From assembly GCF_030684315.1 (NCBI RefSeq), contig NC_081371.1, positions 48,862,390 to 48,926,389 of the forward strand: a stretch of DNA of 64,000 nucleotides, written 5' to 3'. Origin of the DNA: Stegostoma tigrinum. Lineage: Eukaryota. Positions 51,470-62,089 of the stretch are shown one piece after another. The notes beneath the pieces are model-generated. The model saw nothing but the letters and a program-made list of their open reading frames with translations. It did no database searches and was not told where the DNA came from. The number at the start of each line of letters is the position of its first letter. The first letter of the stretch is position 1. The position numbers and the translations under genes are program-made.

Positions 51470-52870
51470 AGTGTGACACATCCGTGTGCTCATGTCACCC
51501 AGAGGGCAGTATAACTGATACTTGCTGGGATCAGTAGCAGTGTAATGTCCACTTGCACACATCACCCGGGGGCAGCGTTACAGACATTCACTCACATCAC
51601 CTGGGGGAAGGGGTGGAAGCATTGTGACATACATTTGCTCACATCAGCCTGGGTTGGGGTAGGGCAGTGTGATACACACTCGGTTACGTCACCCAGGGGA
51701 AGGCAGTGTAATATATATTCGCTCACGTCACTAGGGGACGGGGCCAGTGTAATATGCACTCACTCATTTCACCGGGGGGGGGGAAGAAAGGGAATGCCGA
51801 GGAGTGTAAATATACACTTGCTCATGTCATGGGGCAGGGGGCAGGGTCAGTGTAGTATATCACCCTGAAGTGGCAGCAAAATGTACACTTGCTCTCGTCA
51901 CCTTGGGAGGTGGCAGAGCGAAATATACATTTGCTCACATTACAGGGGTGGGAGGAGAGAAGGGCAATGTAATATCCACTTCCTCATGTCACTGGGGGAG
52001 GGGGCCAGTATCATATACGCTGACTCATGTCACCCAGGAGTGGGGGAAGGAATGGAACGCCAGGGAGTGTTAATATACACTTGCTCATGTCACGGGGGTG
52101 TGGGGGGGGCAGGGCAATATACACTGGCACATGTCACTAAAGGACGGTTGCACTGGAACATACACTCACTCACATCAGTAGGGGTGGGGGGCAGTAACAA
52201 CATACACTGGCACACATCACTGGGCGGGGGGGGGGAAGGCAGTGAGATTATATATTCACTCGTGTCCTCTGGGGGTAGGGGGAGGGGGAGATGGGCAGTG
52301 TGATTATATATTCACTCATGTCCCTGGGGAGGGGGCAGTGTGATATATATTCATTCATGTCACCCAAGGTGGGGGTGTTGGACAGTATGATATATATTCA
52401 CTCATGTCCCTGGGACCTGAGGGGCAGTGTGATAATATATTCACTCATGTCCCCTGGGAGGGAGGGGACAGTGCGATATATATTCACTCACGTCCCGGGG
52501 TGGGGGAGGTGGCAGTGTGATTATATATTCACTCATGTCCCCTGGGGGGGGGAAGTGTAATATATATATTCACTCATGTCCCCTGGGGGGGAAGTGTAAT
52601 ATATATATTCACTCATGTCCCCTGGGAGGGAGGGGGACAGTGTGATATATATTCACTCACGTCCCCGGGGGGCGGGGGCGGGGAGTGTGATATATATTCA
52701 CTCATGTCCCCCGGGAGGGAGGGGGACAGTGTGATATATATTCACTCACGTCCCCGGGGGGCGGGGGCGGGGAGTGTGATATATATTCACTCACGTCCCC
52801 GGGGGGCGGGGGCGGGGAGTGTGATATATATTCACTCATGTCCCCCGGGCGCATTGTAATATCCACTCGC
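51470..52870 (+). repeat. Minisatellite of ~38-50-bp units (core CAGTGTGATATATATTCACTCATGTCCCC plus G-rich linker), roughly 30 units
   Basis: Directly visible; homogeneous from ~52240 to 52850 and progressively degenerate toward 51470. Confidence 0.93.
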
Positions 52871-52976
52871 TAACGTCAGTGTCCCGTCCTTACAGGCAGC
52901 GCCTCACGGCCCAGCTTGAACCGCTTTCAGGGTATTTTATTAATAACAAGACAGAAAGAGTTAGAGATTCCATTAC

Positions 52977-53090
52977 CTCTCTGCCGGGCGCCCGAGACAG
53001 CGGGACCGTTGGAAGCTGCTGCTAGGCGACCATCATGCCTCTACGGCAGATGTTAAGGCACTTTACGACATGAGGTAGCCACTCTCGCGA
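52977..53090 (-). other. CEP290: CEP290 putative non-coding exon 1 (5' UTR); 5' boundary approximate
   Basis: CpG-rich patch with a minus-strand donor AGAG|GTAATG at 52977/52976. It lies upstream of the ATG exon and carries promoter motifs. The TSS cannot be determined from sequence. Confidence 0.6.
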
Positions 53091-53092
53091 TA
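53018..53092. promoter_or_regulatory. CEP290 promoter motifs: RFX X-box-like site (53018-53030) and TCTCGCGA(T)A CGCG/BANP-type element (53083-53092)
   Basis: GCTGCTAGGCGAC (reverse complement GTCGCCTAGCAGC) is a near match to the X-box typical of ciliary genes. TCTCGCGATA differs from TCTCGCGAGA at one position. Confidence 0.55.
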
Positions 53093-53264
53093 TTTCTGCC
53101 TCCGGGTTGCCCTCACCTGGTTCAGAAAGACCCTTCTCCAGGTGGCACTGGCAGTGACTAATGGAATACAGTCGTGTATGCTATAAGCGACTAAATGGTG
53201 GTAGGATGTTAGAGGGAGAACACAGCAACGTTTGAGTTGTTTGTCTACAGCCCTCCACGATCTC

Positions 53265-53448
53265 AGTGTGGAGCTGGAGGAACACAGCAGGCCAGGCAGC
53301 AGGAGGAGCAGGAAAGTTGAAGTTTCGGGTCAGGACACTTGGAAGAAATGTCAACTTTCCTGCTGCTCTGATGCTGCCTGACCTGCTGCGTTCCTCCACC
53401 TCCAAACTTTGTTGTCTCTGACTCCAGCATCTGCAATTCTTGCTTTCT
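53265..53448. mobile_element. Inverted pair of short PLE 3'-end fragments
   Basis: Arms 53265-53340 (minus) and 53345-53448 (plus) are imperfect reverse complements meeting at the hammerhead region. Confidence 0.8.
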
Positions 53449-53936
53449 CCTCCACCATCTCTGCATTTTTGGTTTATTGCAAGTTCCCGATTATTATTGA
53501 CTCAGCCTTGGTGGCTTGGTACTTGTAACAGTACAGGCTCAAGTTCTGAAGCTTTGGTTTCAAAGCATGAATACTTTCTTCACATATTCAATTTTATTTC
53601 AGATTTCCAGGAACTACAGTATTTAGGTTTCACCAAAGCTCTGGAATTCCCTGTCAAATACTCACCAGTAACCTGTAATCCTTAAGGGCAAACATTGAAA
53701 TCCACCTCTCTGTCTAGTTTTAGTTTCCTGCCCTACTATCATCTTTAGCTCAACACTGCTATTTGTCTGAATATCAGTCAGTGTCAAAAGTCTGATGACT
53801 GTCCATCAAAATAACCAAAACAAAATTGTTGTTGAAACATGCTGGCTAATTGGACCAAACACTGCTAACTTTTCTTCTGTTTATTGCCATATTCAGCACC
53901 TTCAGTACCTCTACTAATTGAATATAGCCCTCAGTC

Positions 53937-55035
53937 TCAGAAGCTATTGAAAATTGGCTGGCTGACAGAAAGCAAAGAGTAGTGACAAATGGGTCCCATT
54001 CAGAATGGCAGGCAGTGACCAGTGGGGTACCACAAGGTTCGGTGCTGGGACCGCAGCTGTTTACGATATATAAATGATATAGACGAAGGCATTAAAAGTG
54101 ATATTAGCAAATTTGCTGATGACACAAAGTTGGGTGGCAGTGTGAAATGTGAGGAGGATGTTATGAGAATACAGGGTGACTTGGACAGGCTAGGTGAGTG
54201 GACGGATGCATGGCAGATGCAGTTTAATGTGGATAAATGTGCGGTTATACACTTTGGTGGCAAGAACAGGAAGGCAGATTACTAGCTCAATGGAGTCAAG
54301 TTAGGTAAAGGGGAAGCACAATGAGATCTAGGTGTTCTTGTACATCAGTCAATGAAAGCAAGCATGCAGGTACAGCAGACAGTGAAGAAAGCTAATAGCA
54401 TGCTGGCCTTCATAACAAGAGGAATTGAGTATAGGAGCAAAGAAGTCCTTCTGCAGCTGTACAGGGCCCTGGTGAGACTGCACCTGGAGTATTGTGTGCA
54501 GTTTTGGTCTCCAAATTTGAGGAAGGACATTCTTGCTATTGAGGGAGTGCAGCGTACGTTCACAAGGTCGATTCCCGGAATGGCGGGACTATTATATGTT
54601 GAAAGGTTGGAGCGACTGGGCTTGTATACACTGGTTTAGAAGGATGAGAGGGGATCTGATTGAGGCGTATAAGATTATTAAGGGATTGGACATTCTGGAG
54701 GCAGGAACATGTTCCACTGATGGGTGAGTCCAGAACCAGAGGACACAGTTTAAAAATAAGGGGTAGGCCATTTAGAACAGAGTTGAGGAAAAACTTCTTC
54801 ACCCAGAGAGTGGTGGATATATGGAATGGTCTGCCCCAGAAGGCAGTGGAGGCCAACTCTCTGGATACTTTCAAGAAAGAGATAGATAGAGCTCTTAAAG
54901 ATAGTGGAATCAAGGGTTATGGGGATAAGGCAGGAACAGGATACTGATGTGGATGATCAGCCATGTTCATAATGAATGGTGGTGCTAGCTCGAGGGGCCG
55001 AATGGCCTACTCCAGCACCTATTGTCTATTGTCTA
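53937..55035 (+). mobile_element. Relatively young CR1 LINE 3' fragment
   Basis: ORFs contain [38 protein letters not shown] and NFFTQRVV..WNGLP; tail ends in (CTATTGT)n. Confidence 0.93.
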
Positions 55036-55429
55036 AGCTAACAGCATAAATAGTAAAGTATGAAAATGATATTTTTATTAAAAATACTCAGCCAATTAAT
55101 ACTATGCCTGCTATATCTTTGAAAGTCATGTTTATGTCAAGAATCAATTTTTAGAGATTAAAACTTGAAGATGTTCGATAGTGTAATTCAGTCAGTACTG
55201 GAATATTCCAATTGCAGATCATCTTGTAGCAGTTAAATTGGGAGATGTTCCTCGATCTAAACATGTGGAATTACCTGGATACAACCAATCGAAGCAGCTA
55301 CTGTTGGAGGATGAGTGCAGCCTAGATTTATATCAAAAAACCACCACCTGCAAGTGCCCTTCTAAGTCACACACATCAAGACTATCCCTGAACTTTCCTT
55401 ATCACCGGGTCTAAATCCTGGAATTCACT

Positions 55430-56160
55430 TATCGAGTCATACAACATGGAATCAGAACCTTCAGTCCAACTTTTCTGTGCTGACTGTACTTCCCAATTTG
55501 ACATAGTCCCACTTGCCAGTTTTTGGCCCAAATTCCCATAAACTCTTCCTATTTATATACCCATCCAGATGCCTTTAACATGTTTCTTCCTCCAGCAGCT
55601 CATTTCTTATGTGCACCACCCTTGACATGAAAAAGTTCCCCCTCTAATCTTTTTTAAATCTTTTCCCTCTCACTTTAAACCTATGCCCCCTAGTTTTGGA
55701 CTCCCGCACCCTAGGGAAAAGACCTTGGCTATTCACCGTATCCGTGCCCCTCATGAGTTTAGAAACCTCTAATGGTCAGCCTCAGCCTCCAATGCTGCAG
55801 CGATAAAAGCCCCAGCATCTTGAGTCTCTCCCAATAATTCAAACCGTCCAGTCCTGGCAACATTATTGTGAATCTTTTCTGCACCCTCTCAAGTTTAACA
55901 ACATCCTTCCGATAGAAGAGTGACCAGAATTGTACTCAGTACTCGAAAAATGGTCTCACCAACGTTCTTTACCGCTGCAGCGTGACATCCCAACTCCTAT
56001 ACTCACTACTCTGACCAGGGATAGCAAGCATGCCAAACGCCTTTTTTACCACTCTGTCTACCTGCAATTCCACTCCACGTCTCTATGGCAACATTCCTTA
56101 GTACTCTACATTAACTATGTAAGTCCTGCCCTGGAATGCCTTACCAAAATGCAACACCTC
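55430..56160 (-). mobile_element. CR1 LINE 3' fragment
   Basis: Antisense CR1 tail and ORF2 C-terminus. Related short tails at ~9305-9680, 37765-38010, 56515-56655 and 63780-64000. Confidence 0.82.
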
Positions 56161-56895
56161 CTCACAGCAATGTGAGTTTGCCTTCATCACATGGACTGGA
56201 GCATTTCAAGAAAGTAGCTCACTGCACCTTGTCAAGAGCAGTTAGGGATGGGCAACACATGGCTTGCCAGCAATACCCTCATGCCATGAATGAACAGAAA
56301 TTTCAAATTGTATTCCTCGCTCTGTTCTATTACACTCATGCACTTACTATGGTATGATCTGCCTGTACAGCATACAAAACAAAATTTTTCACTGTACCTA
56401 TGTGCATGTGACAATAATGAATCAAATCAAACCAAAGCTCATGATATATGCAGTTTGTTTCTATTTCAGAGGAGAAACATCTGAACAATTGTCTTGCTTT
56501 CCCTTGTAATTATAGTCAGAGTCACATAACACGGAAGCAGACCCTTCAGTCCAACCAGTCCATGACAAACATAATTCCAAACTAAACTAGCCCCTACCTA
56601 CCTACTCCATGCCCATATCCTTTCAAACCTTTCACATTCATCTATCCATCCAAATATGATGACTATAATAACTGTAAAGCTGTAAAATAAACCTGAACTA
56701 AGCCTGCAATCCCAGGAGCAGTTGCAAGATCCACTCTGCAAGGTTGCATACCAAATGCTAAATATAAGCATTTTTCCATTTTTATTTCCCATTAGCAGGA
56801 GTCTATTTCAGATCAACGGTTTTTTTTTATTTTTCTACTTGCTGTTCCTGTAAAGATTGTTTGTCGAGGTAATGTGCAAACACATGAGAGCATGG

Positions 56896-56980
56896 GATAA
56901 CAAGGTGTAGAGCTGGATGAGCCGAGCAGCATTAGAGGAGCAGGAAGGCTGACGTTTCGGGCCTAAACCCTTCTCCAGAG
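56896..56980 (-). mobile_element. Short PLE-derived element abutting the TMTC3 promoter
   Basis: Minus strand ct-CTGGAGA-agggtttaggccc-GAAAC-GTC-agc plus tail. Further fragments at ~49750-49893, 59170-59310, 59670-59765 and 60650-60746. Confidence 0.8.
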
Positions 56981-56984
56981 AAGG

Positions 56985-57110
56985 TACGCGGGGAACAACC
57001 AGCAGCCCGGACCCACTGGCCGCAGCCGCTGTGCCCCCGGGTGTGGGGAGGGGAACGGACCGGAAGTGAGAGGGGAGGGCCGTTTAAGAACGGACCGGAA
57101 GCGGATGCTG
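56985..57110 (+). promoter_or_regulatory. TMTC3 CpG-rich promoter with tandem ETS (CCGGAAG) sites
   Basis: GC/CpG-rich patch; the 14-mer GAACGGACCGGAAG occurs twice (57053-57066 and 57088-57101). Confidence 0.7.
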
Positions 57111-57231
57111 TCTGGTTGGTTGGTTGGTGGGTCGGAGGGAAAGGGGTGGCTGCTAGGAGATGTCGCTAAAAGGAGCTGGCAATTAGCAGAACGGCGGGTG
57201 GAGTCTTGAAGCAGGGAGGAGCACCGCAGTG
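57102..57231 (+). other. TMTC3: TMTC3 putative non-coding exon 1 (5' boundary approximate)
   Basis: Follows the ETS sites and ends in the donor GTG|GTAAGG at 57231/57232. Confidence 0.6.
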
Positions 57232-57735
57232 GTAAGGGAGGGGGTTCGTTTGGGTGGGGGTCAGGTTAGTATCGGGTCCTGTCAAATGGAAGGACAGATT
57301 GGGAGAGGGGAGCCGCTGGGCGACCAACTCATTTCAAAGCCCCCCTTACCCCCCCCATTGCTCTTTACTCCTTTTTTATCCCTTAACTCCCCTTTACTCT
57401 TTACCTTGTGCCCCTTAACCCTTTGTTGTATATTTTCTTTGATGTCCTGATGGTACGACTCAACCTGGGAGTCTCCAGAGTGAATGGCTCTCCAAGTGAG
57501 TGGGAGAGACAGATGATAAAGGCTAATTGTTGCAGATGCTGGAAATCAGAAGCCAAAACAGTCGGTGGTGGAGAAACCCAACTGATCCGGTAGCATTTGT
57601 GTAGATAGGAACAGACTTTATGCTTCAAGTACACTGTTTCTATGGAACTGAGGAACTGGAAAACTGTGTCTCTAATACTGCAGAAAAAGGGAGGAGGTGC
57701 AAGTAAAACAGATTGCGAGTGGATGAACATAACAC

Positions 57736-57870
57736 TTTTTTCTGATGAAGGGTCTGGGCCCCAAACGTCAGCTTTTGTGCTCCTGCGATGCTGCTTGGCC
57801 TGCTGTGTTTATCCAGCTTCACACTTTGTTATCTCGGATTCTCCAGCATCTGCAGTTCCCATTATCTCTG
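57736..57870 (+). mobile_element. Short PLE-derived element with hammerhead-like core
   Basis: CTGATGA-agggtctgggccc-CAAAC-GTC-agc followed by the family tail …ttctccagcatctgcagttcc. Confidence 0.85.
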
Positions 57871-57979
57871 ATTGCTATAAAGTTCCATCTGTTTCACTAT
57901 TATCCTTTAAGAAGGAAATCTGTTTTCCTGACCTGCATGTGCCTCCAGAGCATCATCAATGTGCTTGTCATTTGTCTGC

Positions 57980-58410
57980 CTTCTGAAATAGGCAAGCTGT
58001 ATTATGATGAAAAGTTGAACAGGCTAAGCTTGTATCTGCTGGAGTTTAGAAATGTAACTGCTGACTTCACTTAAATATATAAACTCCTGAGAGGTCTTGA
58101 CATAGTGAATCTGGAGAGGATGTTTCCTCTTGTTTGTGAAATTGGGGACACTGTTTAAAGATTTAAAAAGTCATGCATTTGAGATAGTTAGGAGAAACAT
58201 TTTCTCACAAAGGGTTGAGAGTATTTGGAACTCTACCTTAAAATGAATGTTAAGTCTTTTGACTATTTTTGAGGTAGAAGTGGATAGATTTTTGATGATC
58301 AAGGATGTGAAATACTATTGAGGTAAATGGGAATGTAGAGTAACTGAACGAGCTGTGAGCAGAGCCAGCTCTAGGTATGGAGTAGTCCGCTCCTCCTAAT
58401 TTGTATGTTG
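57980..58410 (+). mobile_element. CR1 LINE 3' fragment
   Basis: YDEKLNRLSLYLLEFR motif and decayed 3' tail. Confidence 0.78.
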
Positions 58411-59021
58411 GAACGAAGTACTGCATAAAATGCATGGAGAGGAAGCAAGAACCACACAGTATTTCTGTAGCTATTTGATGTAATAAAACATCTCAAGGTG
58501 ATTCACAGGAACATTATCAAGCCAAACTTAACATCAAGCTCTAGGAGATATTGGGAGATGATGGAAAGCTTGGACAAAGATGTAGGTTTGAAGAAATGTC
58601 TTGAGAGAACACTGTAGGGATTCAAAAGCATGGGGCCTTAGCAGCTGAAGGTGTGACTGCTAGTGAGGGCCATTTAAAGTTAAGGATGTTGAAGGGCCAG
58701 AGTTGTAGGTACATGAATATTGTGAAGGGCTTGGGGATGTTATGGAGATGGAGGGAAATTTGAAAACTGAAATGGAAACTTTAATACAAGGATGTTGATG
58801 AATTAAGAGTTAGTGTTCAGCAAGCCCAGGGGTAACACGTGGTTAGGACTTCAGTATGAGTAGGAACATGGGTAGCAAAAACAGGAATAGAAGGATAGGC
58901 TGTCAGGATTCACATATTCATCACGTGAATTTTTACAGTATCAGCTAAAGGATCTCACTGCATATTACTTAAAATGACAAGCTAATTGTATAATTTGGTA
59001 AACCAGCTAACAGAAACAGCA

Positions 59022-59112
59022 GTGATAATGAAGGGTCTAGGCCCAAAACATCAGCTTTTGTGCTCCTGAGATGCTGCTGGGCCTGCTGTGTTCATCCAGC
59101 CTCACATTTTAT
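59022..59112 (+). mobile_element. 91-bp PLE 3'-terminal insertion with 14-bp TSD
   Basis: Near-identical to the 3' end of the 41049 element (…ccagcctcacattttat). TSD TAACAGAAACAGCA at 59008-59021 and 59113-59126. Confidence 0.9.
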
Positions 59113-61900
59113 TAACAGAAACAGCACTAAGCTGTTGCAGTAGTATCATAACTGGACTAATGGTCAAGAGAACGAACAAGTGCCAGAGAAGCTCAGCAGG
59201 ACTGGCAGCATCTGTGTAGAGAGAAGTGGAGTTAACGTTTCGAGTGTAGTGACTCTGCATCGGATGCTGCCCAACCAGCTTAGTTTCTTCAGTGCTCTCC
59301 AGCTCGCTGTTTTTTGGTTGTAATCTTCTGGAGATCTGGGCTAATGATTCAGAGATTATAGTTCAAATCCTACCATGAAAGTTCATGAATTCAAATTTAG
59401 TCAATAAAACATTGGAGCCAGCAATGGTGACAGTCTGTAATACAACCAAAACAGTTTACATTTTTATAAAATTTAGTGTAGTGCAACATTTCAAGTTGCT
59501 TCACATTAAAGCAAAATTTGACCCTGGACCTATGGTGGTGTTAGGGCAGGTAACCAAAGTTTTTGACAAAGGGCATTTTGAATCATAGCAAAGGTAAGGG
59601 AGTGAATTTTGGGGTCAGCAGCCCAGTGGCAGAAGGCATGGCCATGTTGGTCAAACAATGATTCTGATTCTGTGTCACAGATCCAGAGTCACTAACTTTG
59701 TTTCTCTGCAGGATGCTGCCAGAGTTGCTGAGTTTTTACAACTTTTGTTTTTGTTATTTCAGACTAATAGTACACTTGTGTTTTGATTTCATAGAGCAAT
59801 GGATATTGCGGATGTGCATGAATTTAAAGGCTAATAGGGCTGAAGCCATGGATGGATTTAAAAACAAACCAGTGTAAATCTTGAGCAGAAGGGTGATGGG
59901 TGAATGGAACTAGGTGCATGTTAGGGTTAGGGTTAAGGAAGCAGAGTTTATGGAGGGGTAGAGCATGAGTTGTCCCAGTGTGTGATGGAATAGTCATCCG
60001 TGGGCAATGGTGAGAGTTAGGGTCCCACAAGTGTCAGTGTGATAACAACCAGATCATCTGTTTAAAGGATAGAATTATTGCAGGTACAGTATATCCTCTT
60101 GATTATGTTTAGCCTGATCATTTGCACTGTTAAATTCTATTGTCTGCTCAGAATGAGGATTGTTCTAGGCCATTGATAGTCTGACCAGATTAATTAATTA
60201 TTGATCTTGTGTGAGAGCTGTTGGGGTTTTGGTGCTGGTGGGAGAGGAACAAACATCATGGGATGTAGGCACCACTGTGAAGATGAGCATTTGTTGCCCA
60301 TTCCCAACTGCCTTTGATTGGCTTGCGTGATGATTTCAGAGGCCACTTAAGAGTCAACCAGAGTTCTGTGGGGCTGGAGTAACATATAGGCCAGCACAGG
60401 TGGGGATGGCAAATTTCCTTCCCTAAATTTGCTTTACAAAATTTGATGATAATCCCAGTCACCACCATCAAGGCAAGCTTTTTGTTTCAGACTTATTAAT
60501 TAGAGTTAAATACCACACCATAGTGGATTTTGAACACGTGTTCCCACAGCAATAACCTGGGCCTCTGGATTAATCCTACTGATGCTCCCACGATGCCTTT
60601 GCCTCCTGTAGTGCACTCGGGAAACCTAACCTGTGCAGATGCACCATTTAGAGGTAGTGGGAACTGCCAATGCTGGAGAACCTGAGATAACAAGGTATAA
60701 AGCTGGATGAGGCCAAGCAAAATCAGAGGATCAGGAAAGCTGACATAAAGAGTACTGCAACACCTGAAGCAATCTGTGATGGTATGTTTTGTGTGGAGTA
60801 GTGTGTTCTAAATAATATTATGAAATATGCACATTTTTAACCAAAGAAGTACAATATTTCCAGAAAATCTTCATAGATTTGGATCTCTTATATAAATATT
60901 TTTAGGAGGTTCAAGCACATATTAATGAGATTGTGCTTGCTCGTGAGTAATGTAAGTTTGTTGCGTGTACAAGTTACATTGGACAGTCGCCAAGGGAACC
61001 AAATAAAAGAAGACAAGTCTGTTGTGCTGACCTGCATTAAAAGGGAACCTCCATTTTAGAACAGCAGGAGTCCCTTCCCTCCCATTTTTTTTATCAGCTT
61101 GCAGTGATTTTTGGTAGACAGTTTCCGCTTAGATCTAAGTCTGATCAAACAAAGATGTGGGATGATTAGTTCAGTGTAGAATAAGAAGCAATAGATACCT
61201 TTTACTATTAATTTCTCAGATGAGGGCATTGCTGGTACATGAGGCCGGCATTGCTGCCATCCCTAGTTTCCCTTGAAGTTGAAAGTGCTGATCTTCCTGC
61301 TTTAACTGTCTGGACACCATATAGAGTATATAGGCCCATAATATTGTTAGGGAATGAGTTCCCAGATTTTGATTCAACCGCATATCAGGAATTATGGTAT
61401 TGTTCCAGATCGGCATGGTGTGAAACCTGAAGGGAAACTACAAGATGTTCCCAGCACCTTCTGTCTTGTTCTTTCAGGTGGTAGAGATCATAGAAAATGC
61501 TGTTAAAGTTTGAGTTGGTTGTAGATAGTATACAGTGCTTTGGTGGTAGATGCAATGCTAATCAAGCAGTCTACTTTGTACAGAATGGCATTGTGCTTCA
61601 TGAGCGTTGTTGCAACTGGTAGCTGTCAGCAAGTAGAAGATATCCCATCGCTCTCCTAATTTGTGCCTTGTAAGTAGCAGATAGCTTTTCATAGCCAGGA
61701 GGTGAGTAACTTTTCAGTGTTCCCAACAGGTGACATGTCTGTAGTCAGTGTTTATTACATGAGACTTGTTTCTGGTTTGAATAGAAACGTAACAAAATTA
61801 GCAAAGCTTTATGTTGTGGGTTTGCTTAGTTTGTTTCATAAAGGAGATGAAAGCAAAATGTCGTTAAAATAGTTTTAATTTTCTACAGCAGCCTGTGAGG

Positions 61901-62089
61901 ATGGCTGAGCTGAGCTGGAAGGAGGTAGTTTTGTTGACAGCGGTAGTGGCCGCTTGTTACTGGAACAGCACGAATTGTGGGTTTGTTTTTGATGATGTCT
62001 CTGCCATTCTGGATAACAAAGATTTGCATCCTTCAACACCTTTAAAGAACTTATTCCACAATGACTTCTGGGGAACTCCAATGAATGAG
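61901..62089 (+). CDS. TMTC3: TMTC3 first coding exon (protein O-mannosyltransferase; [12 protein letters not shown]...[37 protein letters not shown])
   Basis: 189 nt from ATG to donor GAG|GTAATG; tandem acceptor CAGCAG at 61886-61891. FVFDD and NDFWG are TMTC motifs, and the head-to-head position next to CEP290 identifies TMTC3. Confidence 0.96.

Noticed and set aside
51545-52560. Gly-rich ORFs in the minisatellite
   Set aside because: Repeat-derived, with no splice or homology support.
51470-52870. CRISPR-like appearance (conserved palindromic core with variable spacers)
   Set aside because: Spacers are short, related G-runs rather than unique sequences. There are no cas genes and the context is a vertebrate intron. 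It is a minisatellite.
59920-59938. TTAGGG telomeric-like run
   Set aside because: Only two perfect units plus one imperfect unit; too short to call an interstitial telomere.
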